Origin: Trypethelium eluteriae
Lineage: Eukaryota
Length of the DNA stretch: 64,000 nt
Assembly: GCA_051942245.1 (NCBI GenBank)
Contig: JAVECL010000015.1
Span: 1 to 64,000, forward strand
Direction of reading: 5' to 3'
Shown here: positions 23,026 through 35,215 of the stretch, in pieces
Numbering within the stretch: the stretch's first letter is position 1
How the letters are laid out: each line of letters starts with the position of its first letter
Notes under the pieces: generated by a model
Databases searched by the model: none
What the model was told of the DNA's origin: nothing
What the model saw: only the letters and a program-made list of their open reading frames with translations
Position numbers and translations under genes: made by a program

Positions 23026-24049
23026 AGAGAACTGGTCCATTTGTCTATTTGACCCTCCTAGCCCGGGCGGAGCAGAGTAGAACAACTTTCATGGCCCATT
23101 CCTGAGTTGTTAAGGTAGGACAAGCAAAGATGTATCTAAACCAGTACGCCTGCAGAGCATCATGAAGGAGTGATTCTACCCGAATCCAGGAATTTCTTAG
23201 CAAGCAATCGCTACCATCTCCTATTTGTGCAAAACAGTATTCGAACAGAAACAGCCACCACGGGATTCTTGTAGCCGAGAGGATGCAGCTTCCTCGCGTA
23301 ATTTTGATGGACGTACCTGACGAATGGGTGCGAAGTCAGCTGGAAGGCGTGGATGCTCGACCTTGTGCCTGCCCGTAGACACCACTTGCGGCTACCACAA
23401 GCCTTGCACGTCGAGCTCATCCCGATGGGTAAACAGGGCAAGTTGACGTATTCACCCCGCAGATGTCAGGTTCTTTCTCATTACGACTGCTGTTTCTTGC
23501 TGGCCGACTTCCGCACGCGTATCCATCATACCAATGTGGAGGTGCCTATCGGTCATCCAGGTAGGCATGCCCCTTCTACCCTTCTGCTTTCGTACCTGAG
23601 TATCAATTTCCGAGGCTGCTGCTATGTCCGATCTACCTTATTGGCAGTAGCGCCCCCATCTAGACCTGGCATAAAACCCAACTTTCTCTCCTTTCTCGCC
23701 TTTCTCTTCTGTTCTCTCTTCACCAGATTCTACTCCATTCAATCCACCAGATTTAGCCTTTGCAACAGCTTCATTTTTCCACAAATCATCGGGTCAGCAA
23801 CCCTGCTTGTTCATCACCTGTCTTTCAATTTGATCGTTCGTCTCTTCACCAATGCCACTTCTTCAGATGCAATGAGGATATCCCCAATTCATCATCTTGC
23901 TTACTTCCCTCAACCTCATACTGCACCAACAACATCCTCAGTTCTACTTGTCCCTTACGTCCAGCCGGCTAATCGAATCCCAGATATCTTGCTTCATCTT
24001 CACTAAGACAAACCCATTCACAAAACAGATTCAGCTCCCATCAGTCACG

Positions 24050-25055
24050 ATGGTCAAGCTTGCCGTGGTCAGTCCATTTCTGTCGTCTGTCCTTTTGACA
24101 GTCCAGGGGCCACCTTAATCAGAGCTCATTCCCAACATATTCTCTTCCTATCCACCGTCACAACCAGCTCTGAGCATTTCCATCCAGCATTCACTCCGAC
24201 ATCTCCTCTTCCTTGGTACTGGTGTTGTCAACCCGCGAAAACCTCATCAAGCTAACAGCTGACGTTATCGTTCGCTAGATCTTTCCAGCCCTTTTGCCTT
24301 TCCTCACCTTCGTCAGTGCCACGCATCACAAGCATGCTCAAGTCTCCGTCAGAGGCTTCTTAGGAGATGATTGCGAGAATAATCATCCAGGGAACAGAAA
24401 AGTCAAGCCGCACGAAATCGAGAACGACAATAAATGTCAACACTTCGATTACTCATTCAAATCGTTCACGGTCGAGAAGGACCTGAAACGCCCCTGGAAT
24501 CCCCGCAATCTCAACTGCTCTCTCGATTTCTTCAGTGATAAGAAATGTCGCGATCGAGTTTCAACACAAAGCGTGGACAACATCCAGGACGACTGCACTA
24601 ATGTCAAGGATGAGGACCCGAACGTCACGGCTCTGGCTGCCAAGCTCAACTGCCAAGGTTATGGGGACAAGCCTGAAGTCTCAGTGTCCACTGGTTTCTT
24701 CTCCTTTGCTGTGGGGGGCTTGCCAGCCTCCGAATCCACCTCCTCGACCACCTCATCCCAAAGCCCGACAACCTTGACAACCACATTGTCTGTCCAACCA
24801 ACCTCTCTTTCGGGCTTTTCATGGGTCGGTCCATTGGCCAGCAGCCCGACCACCCCTGTGTGTAGACTCACCACTCATACGTCAACCTGGACTTCCTGCT
24901 ACGTCCCATCCGAGACCACTTCAGTTACCACGATCACATCGGTTGACTTCAGTGCTTCTCCCTCCGTCTCATACACGACAAGCACAACTACCTTCATGGT
25001 TGCTGTCCCAACCACTCTGTCAACGACGAGCTCGTCCATCTGGACTGTGCAATGA
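24050..25055 (+). CDS. Secreted protein with 6-Cys N-terminal domain and Ser/Thr-rich tail, 2 exons
   Basis: MVKLAV, intron 24068-24278, then IFPALLPFLTFVSA forms a signal peptide in frame with ORF 24294..25055. Confidence 0.7.
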
Positions 25056-26605
25056 TCTGACAACTCGGGCATACTGCTTCGCTGTACGCATTCCCAAGTA
25101 AACAACCTTTCCTTGATCTGTTCCTTCCTCTTCTTTCTCAAGTTCCCTTGTTATCCACTCATCCCTGCTCGGAGAACCCTCGTTGCCACTTGACCTCACT
25201 GAGACACCTCGGCCTAGAGGACGCAATGGCAGCTTCATTTTCATGTCATGCTGATATGTCACAGGACTCTCGAAATATCTACCATCACGACAACGTACTC
25301 CTGCACGCGACCGGTCGTCCTTCCAATGCATATCAACTGACTTTCCCGTATCCGAATGACCTATACGCTTGTATCTCGTCTGTTCTCGATCATCTGCATC
25401 TCTCTGGCGCAGTTAGCGCGGCGTCTGACGAAGTGTTCTCGGTATGGATGGGTGGAGCTGCTTGCATCAGGGTTCTGGAGCTTGCAATGTCCTGGTGGTG
25501 GTGTCTTCTGTTTCTGCTGTTGTATTTGGTGCTCTGCGTTTAGGGTTGTTTGGGGCATGCATCTGGTTTTCTCATTCTTCTACTTGTACGGTTATGGTGA
25601 ATTGATATGACCTGTTTCGCTCAACTTGACCATCTGCGTTCTCTTCCTTTTCCGTGACTTTGCTCTGACTTGCATGCAATGACGTCCCTCCTGCCATTTC
25701 TTTTGCACTGGCTCCCGGAAGTACCGAAAATGCTCTGACCAGTCTTGTGTTTTGAAGGCAGGCGGATGCCAGCACGTTGCTTCATCAGCCTTTTCAGCGC
25801 ATTGATAGCAGCATGAATCTCAAACTGTCACCACTAACCCTCTCTTCATCCGAATCTCGAAGCAGTCTTGCGATTACATTCATCACTACGCAGCCATTCC
25901 AACGGTTCGAGTCAATGACAGGCCGATGCCTCACAATCACAGTCGCGGTAGTAAGAATGACCTTTTGCCCGCGGGAAGCTCAGAGCATCGTTTACTCCGA
26001 CATCAATCAACTCCACGGTGGAGCCGGAATGCCACTGGTGGATGCCTACCCAAGTGGTTACGACCCTCGCCTCTCGGTCTCAGCAGCACTTCCAAGGTCA
26101 ACCGCACCACAAAGAGAACCATTCCGCACGCAGACAGCTAGTGCAATCGGCCATCGACTGATAGCATATCAAACAAAGCAGGCAAAGGAGAAAAGATCGC
26201 ATATACTAGACATATGCTCTTTACACGTACATCCAGGTCCCGAACGCCATGCAAGGACTGGCCCCGTTCGAAGATATGATTCCAACTGAAAGGGAAGCAG
26301 AAACACATGCGAGCCGGCAATGCTTGCCCAGTCAAATAGACCTACACGGTTGTATCCAGAGCCCCAAACCCCGGGCCGAAGGGAAACAGACCCGCTGAGA
26401 AAGAGTACAAGCGGACGTGCCCAGTTGCCAACCCTTATCGAACGCCTAGAACACTGATATACCTGTGCTGCATCATCATCCATAATACCAGGCCTCGGAC
26501 CCCAGGCGCACCAAATTCCCAGCATCTCTGCCCGTACCAGCCAGCCGCCTAAGGAAATGCAGCCCGAATATTCACGAACCTCTCCATCAAGCCGTCCCTA
26601 GTCCC

Positions 26606-28624
26606 TCACCGTGCTGACCCTGCTCCCCGACCATGATGCCACTCCTCGGGACTCTCCAGCCCTGCCCCTGCCGCTCCGTTCCAGATATCCCAGTCCTCAC
26701 CTCTCGCTTGTTGCTGCTGTGGTGGCGGCAGATTCTGTACCCCTGATCCCCCCAGATGCGTCTGTGGCTGCGTTGTAATTGCCATGCCTGGTCGCTCCAA
26801 GCCTACGCTATCGGTGCGCATCGCTCCGGCTAGAGGGTGTGCGGGAGGATGCGAAGGGTAGTTGGATGAAGGGGGTGGAGGGTATGGCGGCTCGGAAGTC
26901 GAGTAAGGATTTGCGTCGTGGAGAGGGCCGAGATCACGTGGAGGGTAGGAAGATGAAGGGTCGGCTTGAGCGTGGGAGAGGAGGCCAGTATGATCTCCGT
27001 AGTCATCTGAGTTGTGGGTATTTGTGGGTCTGAGCTCGAAGTCTGCAGCACCATCCGAGTAGGGAGGGGCTTGCTTGGAGTCAGGGTCGGAAAAATTGGT
27101 GGTAGGAGGGGCGTAAGATTGTTGCTGAGCGACATCATCGTTGAGCTTGGAGGAGGAGCCGCCGTTCTGTTCCTGCGAGGCGACGCGGGCAGCATATTCG
27201 TAGCTGCTATCGTTCTTGCGGTGTTTCCGCCCAACGAACAACCAGCGAAAGCTGCGTCCGATGGCTTTGATGATGTCCCACGGGTTGAATGCATCCAAGA
27301 GTGCTTTCCAGCCCAAGAATCCGCCTTGGTATTCCGGTTCAGCACCACTGTAACCAAGGCCTGGAGCGTTGATCGGGTCGTCCATCAGCTTATTGTGTTT
27401 CTTTGAGTAAGGTTTCCAAGGAAAAGCGAAGACGTGAAGAACCGCGAAGATGGCCATTTCAGCGCAAAGGAGCATGCTGGGAATACCAACTTTGATATCG
27501 GCGTAGGCGATTTTGTCGGAGGGTTTTAGAGGCCCCGAGGACGAGGAGAGCATGGATAGGAGAAGCTAGAATTGCTCGTCAGCATGGATAAAGTAATGGC
27601 AACGGAACAGGCTGATCCAGTTCCTGTCGCGGGGTAAAAATCAACAATGATAGACGCTTACCTCCTGCCAGAATGAGAGGAAAATCACAAGTTTGATACA
27701 TGCGACCTTCAAGAATGGGCGATGTTCGGCCAAGTCATCTTTGAGCTGGATATAGAACTGAATGACGCAGGTCATGGCAATAAGAACGCTAACAGATTCG
27801 AAAGCTTCGACCCAGATGTGGGCGAAGGCAGGATTGAGCGAGTCTTCGCAGTAGCGATTAAAGAACTCGCTGAGGCAAGAAACGAGGGTGAAAAGGACAC
27901 GAACGAAGCAGTATTGGAAAATGCTTAGCCAGATGACCTTGAATGTTTTGTTAGTAAATGTCAAAACTGGAAGTCGGCACATTCAAACGAGTAAACTTAC
28001 ATTGAACCATGTCAAACCACTCTTCGGTCTCCTCAAGGGTCCCTTGTCTTGACCCCCAGTCAGCCTTTGTAGCCAGAAAAACTCCCAGAACCAGTTCTTG
28101 GGTATCAAAGTCCTAAAGAACTCTTTTTGGTCATGAAGATTGGGCGCAATGTAGTTGCACAAAAGGGTAAAGAAGGCGGCGATTGCGAAAGCTTCGTAGC
28201 AGTCTCGAATTACTTCAAAGTATATGGCTTTGGTATAGAAGACGTAAGAGAGGAAAGACACAAATGAGTAGACGGGTATCATGAGAAGGATCCGTATTAT
28301 ACTGAGATTTGAAGGTTAGCAACTTGGCTAAGCACCGAACGATCAGCAGTGGGATATGAGTGTATGAACGTACTGCTTTTGTTCCCATGGCTTAAGATAG
28401 TGGGTCGCGTGCATCATTATGAGATAGAAGCCAATCAGCACCGAAATGCCCCCAAAGACGGCGCAAAAGACAAGGCCAAATTCATGTGTCGTCATGCCAT
28501 GCCATATTGCCTTCTCCGAGACTGTGCAGTTCTATCAGTTATCTGCAGCCCTATAACTCCCTACAACATTCTGTTTTGTGGACGTACTCAGTTGATGATC
28601 TAGTGTCGAATTACAATGCGACAT
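26606..28624 (-). CDS. TMEM184 / organic solute transporter alpha-like membrane protein, multi-exon
   Basis: HATHYLKPWEQKH, IRILLMIPVYS, EVIRDCYEAFAIAAFFTLLC, IFQYCFVR, KVACIKLVIFLSFWQ and EMAIFAVLHVFAF. Confidence 0.9.
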
Positions 28625-29886
28625 GCTGGCTGTTGGAGGCTGCCCGTCCCCTCTTTACGTGGTGTGATGGAAACAGCCTTGGGTTGTCTCTTTTCTCCAG
28701 CATGCGCGCAGCCAGTGCGGTCGCAATTTAGTTATGATATGTTTCGGTGTGGCAAGGTGTAGACGTGTCGAGGGGTCGCTACTATCGGTGTCCTTTGGTT
28801 TCGTCGTTTATTCGTCGGATGTACCCCTGATGGAGAGAGACGATGGAGAGAGCATAGGAGAGAGGTCGTATGTCGTCAGACCAGCCAACAGGAGTAATTA
28901 GAGTAAGTAGGCGAAGATGACTTCGCGCTCAGCTTTGCACCGCCGCTGACGGTGAGGGCTGCAGTGTTGCGATCCTCTGGGAATGAAATCGGGAACGCGG
29001 TGAGTCGGGGGAGAAGCAATTTGGGACCGGACGGAAACGAACAAGGTGTCCGAAAATTGATGGTTCGCTCGCAAAGGATGGCCGGCCGTAGAATAGGACA
29101 GTAACGGGTGAAGCAGAGGCAAAATGAATTATCCTCAAGGGACAAGGGGAAGCTAGTTGGAAGGTCAAGAGAGAAGTGTGGCAGGTACGAAGCAGGGAGT
29201 ACGAGGGCGGTACAGCATGTACGAAGTACTAGGCTAGGCTAGGCAGGGCAATGACGGAGGCTGAGCAGCATTCGTTGGCGCCTTGTCTCTTTGTCTTTGC
29301 TGGAAGGACGGAGTATGAGCCCTGACTAGCGAGAGCTGGCGTAAGCGGCGGCACCAATTTCCCACACGAGGCACGGATGGTGGATGGCTATGAACAGCGA
29401 AGCAGCAACGCATCAGATCCCACGCTAGAATCTTGGCCCATTCAAGGTTACAGGCGTGCTTGCCTATCAGGGATTGCATTGTGGCATTGTCGCAGCTTTA
29501 CGGGTCACAGGCGTCAGGGTCCAATCGATCCCAAAATCGAACAAGGAAAGCGAACCCCAGCACGTCATATTCCACGTCCCGTATTCTAATTCCTATCCCT
29601 TACACGCGTTCGCTTGTCCAATTCTAATCTGGTAATCCCCAATTATTACCGTCAGCCGCCGTATACCTCCGCACACCTTCGTGAAACTACTTTCTTATTT
29701 CCTAAATATATAGAAGAAGCTACGAAGTGATGATACATAGGTACACGGCAATCACCTCTCTTTTCTACCAGGATCTTCCTTTGATGAGATTGAAAGTCGT
29801 GGGGCACGCCAACGATGCAAAACATCCTCTGTCCGAAATCGCAACCACTACGCTTCACGTGAGTGCTGCCCTGTATCTTGGCTTCC

Positions 29887-31137
29887 TCATAATTTGGATT
29901 TCTTCCCTCCCTTGACTCCCGTCACTTCTGCATCCGAAAGCAAAAAATCCGGGTACTGGAATTCACGCCCAGGGTTACCGCCCGCTGTTCTCCAAGCCCC
30001 CCCGTCCACTATGAAAGCGTTTCACGTTAGCGCTGACTTCACACTGACTTCCGTACCCAATCCGGAGAGCAACAATAGAAGATTGAACGAGAATCGAAGA
30101 ACAAAAATAGAAAGATCGTAGCACATGGTAGAATAGAATAGAATGAGATGAAGACGGAGGGGAATGCAATACTCACCAACAAGAACTTCCGCATTCACGA
30201 AACCACCAGCCTCACTAAATAGGAACACCGTCGCATCTGCAATATCTCGCACTGTTCCAAGCCTGCCTATTGGCACCCCTTTACTTGCCTTTTCCATTCC
30301 ACCAGCCGTTGCCAGTCGATCCATTCCCTCCGTCCCGGCAATTGGTCCCGGTGCGATGATGTTCGACGTCAAACCCCTTGGTCCGTATTCGATGCCTACG
30401 CTTGCAGAGAGAGCATCGATACCTGCTTTGGCAGCAGAGACGTGCGTTTGCATTGGAAGGCCCGTGTAATGGAGTGTTGCGGAGACAAAAATGATGCGGC
30501 CAGTCGGGAAAGACGAGCGAGTTGCTGAATGAGCTGGAGTAGCTGGTTTGTGTTTCTGCACCGACTCGAGCAGGTAGTCCACGGTTGCTTTCAGCGTATT
30601 GTACGAGCCCAGGATATCAATGTCCATGACAGCCTTAAAGGCATTAGGGGAAAGCTGGGAGATGGGTGCCAGGAAATTGCCAGCTGCTCCCGCTCTGTAT
30701 CGGTGTCCCGTTAAAGACCTCCTCTTTCAGAGTATCTGGTGCACTTACATAACGAAATCAATACCTCCAAGTGATTCTGCGCACCTCTTGGCTGCTTCTT
30801 CCAATGCTTCAGGCTTCCTAACATCCACGCCTCCGAATCCCAGTACCTTCGCCCCTTTCCTAGCTGTAGCGATATCTTTAGCCATCCCCTCCGTCTTCTC
30901 CACGTTTCGGCCAACGATGCATGCATTTGCCCCGAGATGTACCAGAGCGCGGACTTGCGCGCTGCATATCGTGCCCGCCCCACCGGTGCAGAAGACAACT
31001 TTATCATCTAGATGCACGATTCAGAAGGATGTTCGATCTTCATCTCAATCTTCAATGCGCGCTTCAGGCACGGAATATTTACCAAAAAGACCATCCTTCC
31101 AGGTCTCACTCAAGTATTCGCTCTTAGGGAGAGGCAT
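29887..31137 (-). CDS. SPS19: Peroxisomal 2,4-dienoyl-CoA reductase (SDR)
   Basis: VVFCTGGAGTICSAQ, GAAGNFLAP, IDILGSYNT, HVSAAKAG, NIIAPGPIAGTEG, VDGGAW. The last exon ends KKSKL*, a PTS1 signal. Confidence 0.93.
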
Positions 31138-31305
31138 ATCGTGTATCCAAGGCTTCTCCGGGACAATGGGCTGGGAGCCTGACCTCAACGTTGCACTTGT
31201 GAGAAAATGGCGGATTTGGTTTCTACGAATGATTCAAAAAGAATTAGCATTGAAGTGGACTTGTTATAAATATACGGCCGGCTGGGGTCAATCTTTATTA
31301 GCGGC

Positions 31306-31338
31306 TACGGCCATTGCATACGGCCATTGCATACGGCC
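31306..31338. repeat. 13-bp tandem repeat (TACGGCCATTGCA x2 + TACGGCC) in the SPS19 promoter
   Basis: Read directly from the sequence; a TATA-like TATAAATATA lies at about 31265-31274. Confidence 0.75.
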
Positions 31339-31462
31339 GTAGTTGAACCACAGACAGGAGCAGGCGGATCTCCACTTCTGGAGTTTAGGGGACACGTAGT
31401 AAAGCAATGGGAAGTACTGCAGTTGCCATAGTCTGCTTCTGGGCTGGAAGAAAATGCCATTA

Positions 31463-31573
31463 CCGAGGAAGGCTATCCCTTTCGTCTTTGAGAAGCCAAG
31501 AGTCTGATCGCTTGGATAGAGGGTATTCACCGCATAGCTTCAAGGAGGCTGCGGATTTTGAAAGCGACCTCGG
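31463..31573. promoter_or_regulatory. Two FarA/FarB-type sites (CCGAGG 31463-31468, CCTCGG 31568-31573) upstream of SPS19
   Basis: Motifs are present upstream of a peroxisomal beta-oxidation auxiliary gene; function is inferred from the Aspergillus FarA/FarB consensus. Confidence 0.5.
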
Positions 31574-31914
31574 CGCTAGACGACGGGACAGAGTCAAAGC
31601 ACGCTTTGAAGATACCATCAAGACGTGGCACAAAGCCTTGCAGCATTACAGTACATACCTTAGTGAGTGGATTCCAAGCCTCCGAATTAGGGCTGCGCTC
31701 GGTCTCCATGACTTAACGTCACCGCTGCCTCCACGGCAAGTCCCGGAGCTTGGATTGTTCCTGCGCCGGCTTGAAGCTCAGTCACTTCGTCACCTCTCCA
31801 CGTCAACGACAGAGCACCACTCTCAGGTCGCAGTTCATACCCCTCAGACGCACCCAAACACATTCAATCGACTTCTCAACCGGAGGCAGATACCCAAAAT
31901 CGCATTCGGCTAAG

Positions 31915-32586
31915 ATGTCGACGCGCACGATTGCTGGCGCTAAGTTCGTCGGCACTATCAGTCTAGGTCTACTCACGGTAGGACATCTCCCCTCTCTTCG
32001 ATCCCCCTATATAACTTTCCTCGTGTCTGAACTCCTTCAACTCTTCTCCTTCGTCTAAATTTTTTATTGACTGAGCATCTAGGGTCTTACCTACACAACC
32101 ACGACACTCACCCTCCCCACCCTCCTTCAACTCCCATCCGCCACGACCGCGCGCACTGCCTATACTCAACTTCGATCTCTTTGCAGCTGGCACACCCAAT
32201 CTCTGACCGCCCTCACATCGGTATCCTTCTTCCTCGCCTATGCACTTTCTCCGCCAATCGGGCGCCACCCTTACCTACTTTGGGTCTCCCTACTCACCGG
32301 TGCAGGGAGCTCCGCCATCGACTATGTGTTTGTCAAGGGCGAGAAAAAGTACGGTGGAGAGATGGGACTAGGTGAGGTGGAAGGAGTAGCGGCGAGGGTC
32401 AGGGTGGGAAATGACGACGATAGCGAGGATTATGATAGGGAGGAGGAGGTACTGGAGCAGGATGTGAACGGGGAGCAAGTCAGAGGCGCAGTCGAGCGAT
32501 GGAGGTGGGCCGAAGGGTGGAGATCAGGAGTTGTGGGGACGGCCTTTTTGATGGGGATTGTGGGGATCTGGGGGGATAAGTTCTAG
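31915..32586 (+). CDS. ATG33: Atg33/Scm4-like mitochondrial outer membrane protein, 2 exons
   Basis: KFVGTISLGLLT|GLTY, LAYALSP..RHPYLLW, DVNGEQVR and FLMGIVGIWGD. Confidence 0.75.
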
Positions 32587-33302
32587 GGTACTAGGACAGA
32601 GCTGGGGTGGGGACGCGAATGGAAGCATGTAGGGTCTCAGGGATGTATGACGGGAGTGCCCCAACAACACCCAGGAGGAACTTGGCCTAAATGAGTGAAT
32701 TGTTGGAGCAATTCACCAACAGGTAGTAAAGAAATCTGCGACTAGGTGGGATGCTGATGATTTGATGCGACCATGGAGCTTCGATTGGCGTTTGGTTCGG
32801 GTGTAGACAGTCTCCTCCTTCACTCACATTAGAGTAATGGCTCTTCAATACCACACTCGAGGCGAAAATATGAAATTCCGACTCTCCAGTTCCACTCTCG
32901 GTATAGCTCATGGCCTAAAACATTAGTCTAACTGACCTCTCTTCCACTTTTTGTTACGTCGACCATAACCATAGTCTGAGCTAGTTCTTATCCCCATGGG
33001 CGACTTAAGCCTAGCATTTGTGAAAAGTTACAGATATCTTCTTAAGAAATATGGAATGCTGAAGCGAAGATAGCTCTTCAAGTACCGAAGGAACCCAATT
33101 ATCTACAATATCTGTTGCGTCTCGCAGTGCGCATAGAAATAGCTCGCCGCAGCGAAAACATCCCGGGAATCTCTATACGGTAAAAACCAGCAAACCCAAG
33201 GTGCGAGACCTTGCTTCACAAGCAATGGCCAGATGAAAGCCTTGGTACATCTGAAGGAACAAAATTTGACAAGAATTCAGCAAATATTAGACAGTCACTC
33301 TC

Positions 33303-34847
33303 TTAGCCATACCAACCCCTTGCCGTTGGCTGTGTAGCATGATCTTCAGCCCGATGTGGAATAAGTGGTTCCCGGATCTGGAAGACGTCAATCAGTTGTT
33401 CCCAGGTATCGAAATCAATGGCAAAGACCGCTTGGTGTTTGGTGACTTGGTTCGCCCGCTGTTCTTCTATCGTACGTGCCTCTTCATAACCTAAAAACAG
33501 CGTCAGTAGGTCGATCGGGCGGAGCAGCCTGAAAAAGAAGGATACGTACCCAGAGTCGGTAGTCCGTTCGAATCCTCACCCACCCTAATACTGCCCTCCT
33601 TGATGAGGAAAGAAACGTAAAAGATATTTTCCACCGTCTGCCCAAACGAATGCGGATTTACCACGAAATCAAACAACCCTACCTCACCGGTGTCCGCTAA
33701 CCGCAACCTTGCTATCTCCTCCCCAGCCTCCTCCTCCTCGATCTCTCCACTGGTGAGTTTCTCTTCCAACTCTTCTCCTTGCCTTAAGTGCCCGACCAGC
33801 ACATCCCGTATACGCTTGCACACCTTCACCAGACTTGAATTCTCTTGCTGCCGAAGGTCTTCCTTCTCTAAAAGTTCCGGCTGCGCCACAGGCCCGTCGT
33901 TCTTCTTCGACTGACGCGCTCGTCGCTGTATCGGCGCTCGGACTCGCTTCTGCACCGCCAGCGGACCTAGCAGAAACCCACGAACCGGGGGCCGCGAATT
34001 ATGAGGGAAGCACGCCGACTGACCAAGAACGTCCCAGTCCAGAGCGTCGCCGTTCTCATCTTCATCATCGGAAATATCTGTACCATGTCGTCGAGGCGCG
34101 GGAGTTGCATGGTTGGTGGTGGTGGTACTATTGTCTTCGTCGTCGAGAGGGCCGCCGTGACGCATGAAAGTTATGCATTTTGACACGAATTCGTCTACGT
34201 CGACACCAAGTGCGCCTGCGCCATGGGCGAGCAGGTCGGCCCGTTTGCTTGTGTAGTCCCCGATTGTGACAAGAAGGCGGGAGTCGATGGTGGCGTCGGA
34301 TGTTTGGCGGACTCCAGCGTAGAGGCTGTTCGCTTTGTGCATGATATCAAGGAGACCACCTGACCTGGCTTGAACGAATTCATCGCGGTTGTCTGATTTG
34401 TTAGCGCTCGCGTTCTCAAGGGGTAAAGGCAACTCTATACGTACCACTCAAGTCACGGTGAAGTTCACGGAGAGATTTGCGAAGCTGCTGGCGCTCTTCC
34501 ATGGGCTGGTCTGGATCATATATATCTTTGACATCTTGTTCACGGGGTGGTTGACGTTCATCTTCCCCAGACTCAGAACTAGAGCCACTTTGGTCTAACC
34601 TCCTTCTCTTGGCAGAACGGTGTCCTGCAGTATCAGAGTTTGGTGTCGGCAACTTTGGTGGTCCCATCACCGCCTTTTCTTGACCTCCTCTCCTTGGCGT
34701 ATCTTGATCGTCTTCGTCGTGGTTCTCCTTATCCGAGGAAGTCGCTGGCGAGGGAGAAAGAGTTTGTTGCTGTGCTGGCCTTCTTGATGTCGTACTACGC
34801 GACTCAGGGCGTAGAGAAGAGGATCGATGTAGATTGAGCCTGGCCAT
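33303..34847 (-). CDS. NSE4: Smc5/6 complex kleisin subunit Nse4, 3 exons
   Basis: YDPDQPMEERQQLR, VRQTSDATIDSRLLV, FLLGPL, LFDFVVNPHSFGQTVENIFYVSFLIKEG, HQAVFAIDFDTW and LIPHR. Confidence 0.92.
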
Positions 34848-35081
34848 TGTATAGGTTCAAACGGTTTACTGCACCGTGGCCGTTGATCAGGCTGAAGTCA
34901 TGCGTAATGCCATGTACGGCTTAGGAAGTAATGAAGAAATCCTAGACAGAATTGAACAGATTTGAGACAGCGTAACGATTGTACAGTTGGTCACACTTGT
35001 TGCTCTCGTCGTGGTTATTGTCGTTGTTGTGGTCGCAGATCTAAGGTGCGTCGCAATTGATGTCACGGTAGCGCGGCTCAG

Positions 35082-35087
35082 ACGCGT
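35082..35087. promoter_or_regulatory. MCB-like ACGCGT in the NSE4/VPS34 divergent promoter
   Basis: A single perfect MluI box in a ~370-bp intergenic gap; function is inferred. Confidence 0.35.
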
Positions 35088-35215
35088 CCAAACGGTTAAA
35101 GTTGAGCCTCGCTTATGTAATATTTCTCGGTGAAAACAACGGCCGACCATCCCCAGATGTTAAATGATCCAACCGGAGAACACTGATTCTTGACAAGGTC
35201 CAAGATGCTCAACAG

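Noticed and set aside
23353..24006. 217-aa plus-strand ORF
   Set aside because: Pyrimidine-rich promoter/5' leader composition upstream of the secreted protein; not protein-like.
12963..34847. PDS5 and NSE4 (both SMC-complex factors) within about 16 kb, as a functional cluster
   Set aside because: They are separated by six unrelated genes; chance linkage in a gene-dense region is sufficient.
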